DNA from: Neophaeotheca triangularis
Lineage: Eukaryota
Length of the DNA: 64,000 bases
Reading direction: 5' to 3'
Assembly (NCBI GenBank): GCA_054600435.1
Contig: BAAIJX010000005.1
Span: forward strand, 186,001 to 250,000
In this document: positions 38,125 through 49,391 of the stretch, piece by piece
How positions within the stretch are numbered: the stretch's first letter is position 1
Layout: each line of letters starts with the position of its first letter
Translations under genes and position numbers: made by a program
Notes under the pieces: generated by a model
What the model was told of the DNA's origin: nothing
Seen by the model: only the letters and a program-made list of their open reading frames with translations
Database searches by the model: none

Positions 38125-38537
38125 AAATGTAGCTATAAGACACCCTGGCCCGCGATCTCTCAAGTGATAATTGGATAAGGACCCTCCTGGTCATCCATTA
38201 CCTCAGCAAGCCTGATGGTCCCCTCACTCCGCAGTTCCAGCAAGAACCCAGTCAAACGCAAAGCTTTATATTCAGCAAATACCGAATTCCCCTACAACAC
38301 TCGCACCCACCAAGACTTATGGTCTAGTGGGGCGAGTGTGTCCCCTCCCCCTCCCCCTACTAGCCGGAGGTCGCTCGTTCGACTCCCGTCCTGGTAGAAA
38401 CCGGCCTTCTTGAATTAAAAGAAGGTGCCCGCCATTAATGCTTAGCTAGGTGGGCTAAGCGTGTTTACTGGCTCTTCACTCCCATATTCTAGGGCATAGA
38501 TACGGGTGAAGAGACCAAGGTTTTGCCCTTTTTGCTG
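38125..38537 (-). ncRNA. putative long box H/ACA snoRNA (~410 nt)
   Basis: Minus strand: 5' domain closed by CAGCAAA/UUUGCUG, H box AUAUAA (38271-38266), 3' domain closed by AGCU/AGCU, ACA (38130-38128) followed by UUU. An internal-loop pocket lies 14 nt from the ACA, and there are many hairpins. Confidence 0.65.
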
Positions 38538-38742
38538 TGCTGACGCTTCATCTTCTGGCAACTATTCTTTCCTAGTTGCTATTAAGTGTTTTTGGCAAGC
38601 TGATCTCTGCATATGTTGGTCCGATCAAGAAAGGGGAGAATCGTAGGGCCAAAAGTGACGGGCACCCTCATGGAAGACTTCTGCATTGCTCACATAGTAT
38701 TGTGGGTTCTGAAATTGAGGCGTCTGCCGCTTTCAACGGTAG

Positions 38743-40269
38743 CTACTTGGTTTTGCCGTCACCCTTACTGGGCACGACAGGGGCTGCCATGATCTCATCG
38801 ACTGGCCACTGCTTCATGCATACTTCTTCCTCCTCCGCCGACCACTCCTTGGGTAATATGGCAAAGACCAGGTACGAAGTATGCGTCTTGACTTCAGGCT
38901 CAGTCCTCGTCACCAAATTGCCCTCCTTGTATAGTTTCCTTGATTCCACATCTTTCTTGATACCATCTAGCCGCGCCTGCTTCGACTGCCCCTTTCTAGT
39001 GCCGCCATTTTGTTTACCACTATCGCTCTGCTGATTTTTCATGTCTCGCCTGCGAGCATTGTTAGCATGGAAATTTGACTGATTGGCTTCTACCTCCCTC
39101 AGCCTCTGCACAGCTTCGTCCACGGTCGCCGCGCTCGCGTTCACTCCGCGCAATCCTTCCTCCTTCAGTCCTACGCGCTCTCTCCGCACATCCAATCGCT
39201 TGTGCTGTACTTCAACCACTTGAATGTCGATCCAGCCAGCTTTGTATAGATGGGAGACTGTTGCTTGCACTTGCTCGATACATGGCGAGAACGTGCAGAG
39301 CTGTATGGGTAGCTCGGGATCAAGTGGCACATCGGGTGTTGAGCGGGTGAGGTGGCGCAAGGCGGTCCATGGCGCCGGAAGGTCGAGAAAGATGGCCGAA
39401 ACTTTTGCAGAAGCCGAATCTTCGACACCGAAGCCATCGTTGCACACGTCACGGTGCGCAAGGTGGACCAAGCCTTTCAGCCCGTGGTCGTCGATCTCTT
39501 TGCTCAAAGTGTGCACCCGAGGCTCGTGATACTCGAAACTGTAGATACGACCTGTCTGATCCGAATGCGGCGGATCCGTGGTTTCGCTTGCAGGATAGCC
39601 CGAAAATACGGCTCTCGCTGCGGCATGGGTGAAGCTCCCACTACCGGCACCGGCTTCGATGATCCTGCTGCCGGGACGTACTCGCAGCCTCTGGAGTACG
39701 TAGCTGTAGTCGGGCATGTAGACTACTTGCGTTCGGTGGTCAAGCGATTCGGTCCAGGCCTCCGGCGTCGGTGGCAGCAAGTGTACGAAGCCGCTACCTG
39801 CCTCTACAGGTCTCTTGGTTGGCGCGGCTTCACCACCTTCCGGGACTGCTTGCTTGCGGCGTTTGACAGGGGAGCCCGCTGCATTCTCGCCGTCTTCTGA
39901 CTTTCGCTTGTTGCCTTCAGCACCCGTCTCGACAGTCTCATCTGCCGTCTCGTCCTTGGCACCGGCAGTTGCCTGCTTGCTGGCCCCAACATGCTTCCCA
40001 GTGCGTCCCCTTGTACCCGTGTCGACCTTGCTGGCTCGCACTTGACTACCCCATTGTTGGCCTATAATTGTCGTATGAGGAAAGCTACCGAAGCGCGTGT
40101 TGGTAACGGCGCCCTCCGCATAACCATCATCCGCGGTCTCTCTGAGCTTGACTGGAAGCAAGCTATCTCGCTTCAGATGCAATATCGCGAGACTGTCGGC
40201 TTCCGCTGTTGTTGGTGGGTGAAAGAATGGCGAGTACTTCGTGATCGGCGGTATTTCTTGAGCTACCAT
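38743..40269 (-). CDS. TRM61: tRNA (adenine58-N1)-methyltransferase catalytic subunit
   Basis: TRFGSFPH, HRTQVVY, EAGAGSGSF, FLDLPAPW, FSPCIEQV and HTSYLVFA motifs. Confidence 0.93.
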   Translation of the reverse strand: MVAQEIPPITKYSPFFHPPTTAEADSLAILHLKRDSLLPVKLRETADDGYAEGAVTNTRFGSFPHTTIIGQQWGSQVRASKVDTGTRGRTGKHVGASKQATAGAKDETADETVETGAEGNKRKSEDGENAAGSPVKRRKQAVPEGGEAAPTKRPVEAGSGFVHLLPPTPEAWTESLDHRTQVVYMPDYSYVLQRLRVRPGSRIIEAGAGSGSFTHAAARAVFSGYPASETTDPPHSDQTGRIYSFEYHEPRVHTLSKEIDDHGLKGLVHLAHRDVCNDGFGVEDSASAKVSAIFLDLPAPWTALRHLTRSTPDVPLDPELPIQLCTFSPCIEQVQATVSHLYKAGWIDIQVVEVQHKRLDVRRERVGLKEEGLRGVNASAATVDEAVQRLREVEANQSNFHANNARRRDMKNQQSDSGKQNGGTRKGQSKQARLDGIKKDVESRKLYKEGNLVTRTEPEVKTHTSYLVFAILPKEWSAEEEEVCMKQWPVDEIMAAPVVPSKGDGKTK

Positions 40270-40562
40270 GTTGGACAGGGGTATAAGATGTCCACGACAA
40301 TAATGTACTTGTAAACGGCGAACGTGTGTAAACGGATAGCATTCGACCAAAAAGGTCGGTCAATCAGCAAGTGTCGAAACACTTCTGATGGCTTATCGAT
40401 AAGGCCTATCACTTTCAATAGGGTTCCGCCGAGGTCATGCCGCTTCTCGCGTTACTACGCGTCGTAACACGAAGCTCAGAGGGCAACTTACAGACAGTAC
40501 ATTACTTCCCACCTCACGCAACGGCTACATCGCAGCTGCAAAGAGGAAAACAACGAGCAAAT

Positions 40563-42421
40563 ATGAACGGGCTATACGCCCAGGGCTGTGCTGACTATGA
40601 GCGCAACGACTTCGCGAGTGCCCTCAACGCGTTCAACCGTGCCATTGCACGTACCAAAGACCCCGGCGTACAGCTGCTAGATAAGCGTGCAGCATGTCAC
40701 ATGAAGATGGGCAATCTCATGGCGGCGCTCAAAGACACCAAAGCTATCGTCGCCACGGCTCGAACTCATTACGCGGGATATCTGCGTGCTGGTGCCATTC
40801 TTAACAAGATGGGCAAGCAGACGATTGCGTTGCAGGTCTACGCCAAAGGCTTACAAAACGTCAAAGCTGTCGGCCAAGGCTATACGGTATTTTCGATCCC
40901 AGACCATAGACCACATGAGATTTCTCAAGATTTAGTAGGAGTCGAGCCACCCAGTCATCTGTACTGATCCGCAATGCTAGGCTCTTCGCTCAGCTCACGA
41001 TCGACTGTCGGACATCGTGTTCCCAAAAGATCGCTTCGATCCCATGACAAGGTTCCCTGCCGAGCTTGCGGAAATGATACTCGAGTATCTTTCCTTCAGA
41101 CAGCGCGTGAACGCTTGTCGAGTTTCGAAGCAGTGGGCCGCTTTCATACGCTCCTGTCACGATCTGTGGCGTCACTTGGATTTCTCAGGTTCAAAGAAAA
41201 TGGTCAAGAGTGCCTTCTTCAGCAAAGCCATCAACAACGTCGGTACCAAGATTAACGCCGCATCACTCCATAGGGTGTACGATCTTCCCAAGACGCTCGC
41301 TGCTCTCCTCAACTTTTGCCAAATTCAAGAGCTGAACATGTGGGGTGTCGGTTTCCTCGAACCTTGCATCTTCAAGCTGCTATCCACGGCAAAAACACCA
41401 CTCAGGACCCTCCGTTTGCTCAAGCCTTCTGAAGCCGGAGAGGACACATTGATGAGGTTGCTGCCGACGGTTCTACCTTCCCTGTCCGTATTCGACTGCT
41501 CCGGGCTAAAACTTCCGCGAGACATCTTCCGGGACTGGAACAAAGAATGCCCGTTCCTTCGAGAGCTAACGTTGCACGGGGAACACATGGGCTCGATCAT
41601 CCCTGCGATCAAAGTTATGCCGGCGCTCCGCAAATTGCATGCTTTTTTCGACTCCATGGCCTTTGGCAGCCTAGATCTGAGCAGCTTGCAGTATCTTGAA
41701 GATCTCACCATTACCCTCAAACAAGGCGCCAGTCAACAGATACTTGTGCCACGTTCCTTGAAAGTATTGTCGTATAGACAATTGGATGGTGGCCCACGGT
41801 CACCAATGTGGTCGTCAAACGGCCTGGATTATGGCGCCGGTGGATCTTCCTACCTGCCGCACTTGCATAGTCTACAGTATCGCCTTGCATTCTCTGATCT
41901 CAGCCACGTGTTGCGATTTTTGTCGCCAGACGTAAGACGCTCGAGGAAAAATCACCCTTTCTCTCTCTCGCAGCTAACCTGTAATTTCCCTCAAACAGGT
42001 GAACGTATATGAATCGCCGACCGCTGCCGAAGCATCGAAGCTGCATTCGCTCTCTGTTCCCCATGCCGAATTTTCAAGCTTGGAGAACCTGCACGCCCTC
42101 GCCGAACACCCACGTCTTACAGAGCTGAGGCATTTGGATCTTACGCAGACCTCTTGGTCGTGGCCAACGGTCGACCTTCCCAAGGTTTTGGCAAAAGTGT
42201 GCAAGGGTCTGAAAAGCCTTCAGCTTGACCAGTCTTCGGTCACCGGAGCAGATCTCAAAGCGGGTCTGATGGGCCCGGCACTCGAGGAATTATCGATCCG
42301 TGAGTGCGCGGCTCTCAGTCACGATGCTGTTACATGGGCTCGCTCTCTTGGTGTCAAGGTTGTTTCGAATGGAGAAGTGCAGTTGATGAATGCGAGTAGG
42401 GTTCGCTGGGGCATGCATTGA
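40563..42421 (+). CDS. TPR + F-box + LRR protein (Pof3/Dia2-like)
   Basis: Exons 40563-40886, 40981-41931 and 41999-42421; TPR helices, F-box DPMTRFPAELAEMILEYL..CRVSKQW, Leu-rich repeats. Confidence 0.82.
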
Positions 42422-43586
42422 GATGCATGCAGGATATTCCATGAAGAGGATGGTTATACTGCGGAGATGGCGCTCAGAGGACCACAAGGTCTTGCGATTC
42501 ACGACGCTTGATTGTTCATGGTGGCTTCAACACCTTTTTTTTTGGAGGGTTTCCGTGCGCTATCGCGCTTTGGAATGGCATGTCTCGAGTATGGCGCACA
42601 GGATTACGGATTCGCGAATACCCAATCGAATTGCAACTTGAAGAGCGTAAAGTTTTCTTACATGAAGAACAGTACGTATCAACACGCCGCAAAAGTCCTT
42701 CGCGCTGTAGCTTCGTACTTAAAGGCGGTCGTATACTCCTGCATTTTCTTAGGCTCATGTCCCGAGGCTGATCTGGGAAGGTGCTGATCTTCACTTCCAA
42801 GTGTAAACCCTGGTAGTAGATAGACGGCAACATTCGCCGACGTGCATCAAGTCTAAAACGGACATTGGATGGGCTTGATCTGCATCACTCGTCTGTACAG
42901 GTAACCAGAGCGGCAGACCTGGCAAGCAGCTCGCTAAAGACACGGCTACAGTCTGTCTCAAGCCCAACTGGAGAGTTGCAATCAAGTGGTGCTATGGAAT
43001 AGACTTCAACCAGGCTGGCTCGCTTTGGCATTGTTGGGCTCCCAAGACGTCTCCCTCAAGACGTCCCGAACCTCGTAGCAATGCCTTAGCTCTGAAAGGC
43101 CAGCACAATCCTGGCTAGCAGTTGATTGAAATGCTGGACAAAAGTCGACCGCGCCGACCAGAGATTTGTAACTTATGAAGAGAGCATCACGGAATGTAAG
43201 GCAAAAACGCAGGTGACCGTTCCGCCACGGAATGCGCTGTTAAGACGCATACTCAGCTGCAGGAACGGCCTAAAAGCGCCTTGGATTCGCTCTCCTACGC
43301 AAATATGAATGAACAGCTTACTGACTCCAGCGTTCACTTGATAATCGTAGGTGCCTAGCGTACTAGGACTTAAAAGTGTGTAGAGAGAAGAAGAGGAGGA
43401 GTTCGTGAGGTTGGCTTCGAATTTGAGCCTTCACAATGGTGCACAGACGCACGTGGCACGTGCTAGCTGTGGGGCCAGGGTCAGACGATGGGATGTTCCG
43501 AACTTCCTCCTTTCATACTCGATCGAGGTGCTGTTTGTTTCTCGAAAGCCATAACATATTGATCGCGCTGTCCGTACGTACACATC

Positions 43587-44390
43587 ATGGCAGCGCCCCG
43601 GAGTCTCATAGCGCTGGAAGCAATCGCGCGGCCGGGAGCTGGTACAAAGCCATGGACAGCAAGCCACATCAGGCCCGGAGCACAGCTAACATCATACCAA
43701 ACGAAGCGGACGCCGGCTATCTCAGCGCAAGCACGATCGATATGGAGTGCCCGTAGACAACAACCGCCCTCCCACAAGCCCACCAGAGCCCTCTCTAGCC
43801 TACAATGCGCGACCCGGCACGCCTTCAGCACCACCCGCTCCCTCCCAAAGGACCACCACTTCGATACTCTCAAGTTTACTCAACGCCTGCAATCCGAAGG
43901 CTTCACCGAAGAGCAAGCAGTAGCCATGATGCGCGTGCTCTCGGACGTAATCGAAGAGTCGATCCAAAACCTGACCCGCACCATGGTACTCCGCGAAGAC
44001 CAGGAAAAAGCAACCTACACGCAAAAAGTCGACTTCGCGAAATTGCGCTCGGAGCTGCTGTCAGCGGATAGCACGGAATCGAGTCTGACACGCGCGAGCC
44101 ACGAGAGGTTGACAAACGATTTGGCGAAGCTGAACTCGAGATTGCGGGATGAGGTGCAGAGGACGCAGGCGAGCGTGAGGTTGGATTTGAATTTGGAGAA
44201 GGGTAGGATTAGGGAGGAGGCTAACAGCCAGGATTTGAAGATTAAGGAGACGGAGACGAGGATTGAGCAGGAAACTGCGGCGCTGAGGGAAAGGTTGGAG
44301 GCGGTCAAGTTTGGTACGCTGCAGTGGTTGATCGGTGTTTGCACGGGTACGGCGGCTATTATTTTGGGTGTCTGGAGGTTGTTGATGTGA
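43587..44390 (+). CDS. mitochondrial DUF1640 coiled-coil protein (Fmp32/CCDC90-like)
   Basis: Basic presequence, HHFDTLKFTQRLQSEGFTEEQA, VRLDLNLEKGRIRE, C-terminal TM. Confidence 0.88.
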   Translation: MAAPRSLIALEAIARPGAGTKPWTASHIRPGAQLTSYQTKRTPAISAQARSIWSARRQQPPSHKPTRALSSLQCATRHAFSTTRSLPKDHHFDTLKFTQRLQSEGFTEEQAVAMMRVLSDVIEESIQNLTRTMVLREDQEKATYTQKVDFAKLRSELLSADSTESSLTRASHERLTNDLAKLNSRLRDEVQRTQASVRLDLNLEKGRIREEANSQDLKIKETETRIEQETAALRERLEAVKFGTLQWLIGVCTGTAAIILGVWRLLM

Positions 44391-45115
44391 GTGAGACGAG
44401 TTTGCCAGCGGTATGAGGGAAAGCAAAACCGCCAATATCGCATCAAACTTGCCTCCCTCGTCAGATCAGACTCGAAGATCCAGTCTTGTCGAAGTCCACC
44501 ATGGATTAGGTGCTTGGATTACCAACGACTTCCGCGAGGCATGAGGTCTTGAACGCGCAGCTCCGATGCTGGTAGGCTCGTTCTGGAGAGCAGCCGGGGC
44601 CCTCGGCGGATGCAAAACATCTTGAGACGGATCAATGTTATAGGACCATGGCGGACACGAGAGCGAGAAGGATCTAGTAGGCGTGTTGGATCATACGCAA
44701 CGGGAGTGCCGGAACACGTTTTCCGCCACAATTTCCAGCAAAGGTAGCGCGCCCATGGTACGTGGACAAGACGTGATAGCTCTTGTATAACCACCTTCAA
44801 AGAATATGGAGACACCCCAGAGCTGGATTTGTAAATTTCAGTATTTCGAGTGTCACGAACATATGGACCATCAACTGACTCAACAGACGTTATGTCGTTA
44901 TTGAATTATGCATATCGCTAGTCAAATTTCATGAGCTCCGGTCTCGCTGCACTAGCAAATGCCAGACTCAGTGCATCTAAAACACCCCCGATTTTCTATC
45001 ATGAAGCGAAGGCATGCTAAAAGCCTCCAGCCATCCAGCCCGATTTTTGCTACGTGAACCACTTCGTCTCTCCTTTGACTTTTCCTTTCAGCCTGCCATA
45101 ATGCGAAACCCCTCA

Positions 45116-46774
45116 TTAATCGTCCGCCTCGCTAAACTCAACCATGACCGTCGCGTTCTTCAGACCTGCCTCCTGAATCGTCTGTTCTAGCTTGCTCATC
45201 AGATTGACACCCATACTAATGAGCTCGAAACTCTGGTCCTCCTTTCCAGCTACAGGTTCCGCCTTTAGCCACTCATAGATCCGGCGGACAGGATCTGAGA
45301 GCAGGAATTTGCGAACCACACGGCCCCCTGAATACCTGAACTGGATACGCGTAGTTTCGGGAGCAGGAACGGAAGCGTCGGGCTCGGTGTGCGGGTTTGT
45401 TGCCGAAATGCGGGAGAAGGGCGTATCGTCATCCTCCTTGTTCGGCGAGGCGAGAGAGCCCGATCGCGGACCCGGTGCGCCTTCGTTCGACGCTACAGGA
45501 CCCATGTCGGCGGTATCGGCGACTTCGGGCACAGAGGCGCGGCCATTGGAGGCTCGGGCGGCTTTTGTGAGAGCGTCTGGGTCCTCTTCTTTGGACGCAG
45601 CGCCGCCTCCACCAATGCTGTTCTTCATAGCCATCTCTAGCATCTCCTCTTCGCTCATCTGCGCAATATCCTTCTTCTTCTCTTTGCGCTTTGCTTGCAC
45701 CGGGTTCTTCTGGTCCATTTTGAGGCTGTAGCGATCGAGGAACTCGTGAAGGTCCATGAGGAAATCGGAGGCTTTAGGGGCTGGGGAGCCGGACCATGAC
45801 TTGACCTGCTCGCCCGTGCGTGGGTCGACGATGGCAATGTGAGGGTAGGCGTCTTCGTTGTCTCTCATATTGGCGAAATAGTACTGGATGTATTCTTGCC
45901 CTTGCGGGTCCGCCTTATTGAACTGCATGAAGATGAAGTGCTCTTGAATGGTTTCCTTGATACTCGGGTTCTTCCAGATATCTCTGTTCAGGACTTGGCA
46001 ATCGAAGATGCTGGGGTCTTGGACGTTAACGATGATCCACTTCTCATTCTCTTTGCCCTCATCCCTTGCCGAAGACCAGTCGAGATTGGCAATAAGCTCA
46101 AAAGGCGGGCGGAAGAGGTCTGCGAGGAGATTGGACTTTGACGTCTGCTCTGAGGCGCCTCCAGTCGCCCTGCTGAGAGCTTGGCGGTGTGCTTCGGGAT
46201 TATTGAGATCGTCCTCGTTCCAGATGCTTGAAGCCGGACGTTGATTGAAAATGCCGGGAGCGGCCCTCCTTTGCTGCCGAGCAGCCATCTGCTCTGCGAT
46301 TGCGGCACGCATCTGGGTGGGATCGTCTCGCCAATCTGCGTCCGGCCCTGCGAGGGTCTCTGTCCTGCGTGCCATTGGTGCTCTCACTCCTTCCTCGTCA
46401 ACATCGTCCAAGCCCGCTGCACCTCCTCCACCGCTACCACCTCCGCCATACATCTCCTCTTGCAACCGTTTTGCCATGGCCTCGTCATCCTCTACCGACG
46501 GCTGTCCGGCCTGTGCCGCGCTTCCTCCAGCCCTGGGCATGTCATCGTCCCCCAAATCCATCTCATCGTCGTCGTCGTCTATTGTGATGGGCCTGTCCTG
46601 GTTCTGGCCTGTGGTAGACGCTGCTGGAGCGGGAGCCGATGCTCCGAGATTCGGATCATTGAAGTAGAGCTCAACGGCTTGCTCAGTGTTACCGTCGGTG
46701 AGAGCAAGATATTGTTGAGCCTGCTGTGGCGTTGCGGAGGTGAAGGCACAAAATGTGCCTATCTGCTCATCCAT
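45116..46774 (-). CDS. UBX-domain Cdc48 adaptor (Ubx5/UBXN7-like)
   Basis: N-terminal UBA-like, UIM-like (DDEAMAKRLQEE), UAS (FDCQVLNRDIW) and C-terminal UBX (TRIQFR..GRVVRKF). Confidence 0.88.
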   Translation of the reverse strand: MDEQIGTFCAFTSATPQQAQQYLALTDGNTEQAVELYFNDPNLGASAPAPAASTTGQNQDRPITIDDDDDEMDLGDDDMPRAGGSAAQAGQPSVEDDEAMAKRLQEEMYGGGGSGGGGAAGLDDVDEEGVRAPMARRTETLAGPDADWRDDPTQMRAAIAEQMAARQQRRAAPGIFNQRPASSIWNEDDLNNPEAHRQALSRATGGASEQTSKSNLLADLFRPPFELIANLDWSSARDEGKENEKWIIVNVQDPSIFDCQVLNRDIWKNPSIKETIQEHFIFMQFNKADPQGQEYIQYYFANMRDNEDAYPHIAIVDPRTGEQVKSWSGSPAPKASDFLMDLHEFLDRYSLKMDQKNPVQAKRKEKKKDIAQMSEEEMLEMAMKNSIGGGGAASKEEDPDALTKAARASNGRASVPEVADTADMGPVASNEGAPGPRSGSLASPNKEDDDTPFSRISATNPHTEPDASVPAPETTRIQFRYSGGRVVRKFLLSDPVRRIYEWLKAEPVAGKEDQSFELISMGVNLMSKLEQTIQEAGLKNATVMVEFSEADD

Positions 46775-47353
46775 CTTGGGCTGTAGGGACTCTGGTGGGA
46801 ACGAATCACTGGTGCGTAAGGTCGTTCGAGCAAGACAAGCCTGCCTCGAGTCGTTCTTGTGTTGCCGTCTCGTGAAGGGTGTTGGTAGGAGGGCTCAGAA
46901 ATTGGTACAAGTCGCAGAAGGTATCTCGAAGCTTCGTTATCGTGAGGCTCGCTTGCTCTGACAGGCAGCAGTCACCCCGTTCAGCGTTCTCGGTTCACGT
47001 GAGGCGTAATAACGAGTTTGTAAGAGCGTGGGGTTATTGAAGGTGCGATACAGAAGATTCTGTCAGATTAGGTACATCTACCTAGGGAAAGAGACTGGCG
47101 GATAATAACTTGACTTGGTTTCGTTGTTGTAACTCGCGTTGTCGGCCACCTGCAATGCCCTGCCCGGGCGTGCTGCCACTGCCCGCGCGCAACACTGCGT
47201 CATCACCAAATCGATCTCACCGCCCAGTCAGCAGCCCTCATTGGCTCAAGAGGCACTTGCGCTAGCGAATGTACGAGATTCCGGTCATCCAAAGGCCCAA
47301 TTTACTTATGTACCTAATGTAGCCCTTCCTCTCACAGAATTTACATTCATAGC

Positions 47354-48655
47354 TCAGTCTGACAGAGCGTGCAAGATCAGCTTCTCATACCCCTCGACAG
47401 CACCCTCCAGCTGCTCGACAGTGAGTGCCTCGTGATCGGAGTGGGCGACCAGGATACTGCCAGGTCCGTACAGATACCTCTTCTGCCCCTCCAGAGGATC
47501 CAAGTTGGGAATGTCAGTACCATAGTTGACCGTGATGGTCTCAAACCCGGTGACATCGTGGTCTATGTCCACAGGCCCATAACCCTCGCTCCGATATTCC
47601 AGCGAGACAAAATCTTCCACTTGTTCGCCATCTCGCAGGAAAGGCCGTGCAGCGTCCTCAATAGCTTCCCGAATAGTCTCACGCACCTCGCGCGGTTTCC
47701 CAGCGGCCAGACGGACAGCAATCTGTGCAGACGCAGTCTCCGCCACAACGTTCGCCGCGACGCCTCCCTCGATGTGCCCGAGATTGATAGTGGTAACACC
47801 GTACTTGTCAGAGGAAGGCAGCTTTGGCGCTAGGTCCATCAGAGCAACCAGAACTCTGGCCAATACTTCGTTCGCGCTGCGGCCCAACCATGGATATCCA
47901 GAGTGAGCGGCTTTGCCCTTGATGTGAATTGTAAATCCGAGATTCCCTTTGTGTCCCGCCGCGAGTTTGCCTTCGGTCGGTTCCCCGAACAGAATAGTTT
48001 TCGGGTTGAGTTCCAAAGCGTTTGCTGCTCGCATACCGTCGCCTCCAGTCTCTTCGCCCACCACGAAAAGGAAGCCGACATCGCCCGGTTCAATCTTCTC
48101 AGAGCGCAAAAGGTTGTTGGTGGCAATAATTTGAGCGGCTACACTGCCCTTATCGTCTACGGAGCCACGACCCGATATCGTGTCGTTTGCATCATGGTGG
48201 CGCTTGTAGGGGTAGAATGGGGGCACCTACCTCTCGTATCAATACACGTTGGTCGCGGTGCAACAGAATCAGCTATGTGAAGTTCTTACGACGTCAATGT
48301 GGCTAGATAGCAGAAGACGAGGGTTCTGATCGTCGCCTGGCCAGGTCAGAATATTGAATCTGTAAGGGTCGTCCTTGTTATGAGGATTGAGAGGGTCGCC
48401 CGAAACGCGCTGTTGGCGGGTATGGTAGCCCTGAGATTCCAAGTTCTCTACGAGCCACATCCCTACGGCAAATTCATTTCCACTGATAGATTGAATCTCC
48501 GTTAGGTTCTTGTGAAACCCAAGGAGGTCATCAGTCAGATGGAGGGACGGGTTTGATGGACTGCCCAATGGCTCTTGTATCGTTTGGTCAGACCGCGCGA
48601 CGACCGGTGAAAGCAGCGATAGCAGAGGCGCTAATACAAGCAATGGAGAATACAT
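47354..48655 (-). CDS. secreted M20A metallopeptidase/deacylase
   Basis: Signal peptide MYSPLLVLAPLL; intron 48289-48227; SHIDVVP, GRGSVDDKG, VGEE, GEPT, AHS motifs. Confidence 0.88.
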
Positions 48656-49391
48656 GTCGACGTCCAGTAACCGATGTTTTTGCTTATCCGAAGATCGAGA
48701 AAGGAAGACGTGAGGGTGTTGGGTGTGTCGTTGCTTCAGCTCCGGTTTCCAAGGTTGCCCGTGTGTTGTGCCGCGCATGTATCGATAACCGCTCTCGTCC
48801 ACTCGCCGGCTGTCGTGCCGTAAACATTCAAACATTCACATGGCGGTACGCCGCATAACTTTGTTAGCTACCACATCCCTGGCCGTAGCGACGGAAAATC
48901 ATATCATCTCGACCCTCCCTCTACTCCTGCTTTCCCCGTGGTTTCAATCATTTGCTACTCCAGCAGAGATATCAGGTCGCATCTGGCTCGTCTTCGCTTG
49001 AGCGTTACATACCAACACCTGCAGCGGCTAGCGACTTCAAGAGTGGGAAGGCAGCTTCTGGACACCCAACAGCAGTATTCCCACATGGCTCAACTTCCTC
49101 ACACTGGTCAAGAGTAGAGCAGGAACATAACTCTCCAAGCATTCCAACCTTGCATCCTATCCATTGAACACCAACCTGTCGAACTCGCAGCGCTTAATAG
49201 CCTAGGTCTTGGACACTGCCAACCGAAACGACTGAACAGGACATCGTTACCTACCTGGACATTACGCATTATATCGACGAGGAAGAGAGCTTTGGCAGGG
49301 TGTCTAGTAGCCAGACTACAGAGGAGGAAGTTCCGGGCTTTGGCGGGACTGCAGGTCTCACACAGTCTCACGGATCCGATACCATCCAACC

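Noticed and set aside
38309..38397. tRNA gene or tRNA-derived SINE head on plus strand (A-box TGGTCTAGTGG 38320-38330, B-box GTTCGACTCC 38377-38386, T5 at 38529)
   Set aside because: Acceptor and T stems do not pair in cloverleaf register, and both boxes sit inside hairpins better explained by the minus-strand H/ACA fold. A SINE origin remains a minor alternative
38484..38520. snR30/U17 m1/m2-like motifs (ATATTCTA, AGACCA) on plus strand
   Set aside because: Imperfect matches, base-paired in a stem, and no ACA box downstream
38738..38745. TAG-CTA readthrough-like context at the TRM61 stop
   Set aside because: The efficient motif is TGA-CTA, and the extension does not end in a PTS1-like tripeptide
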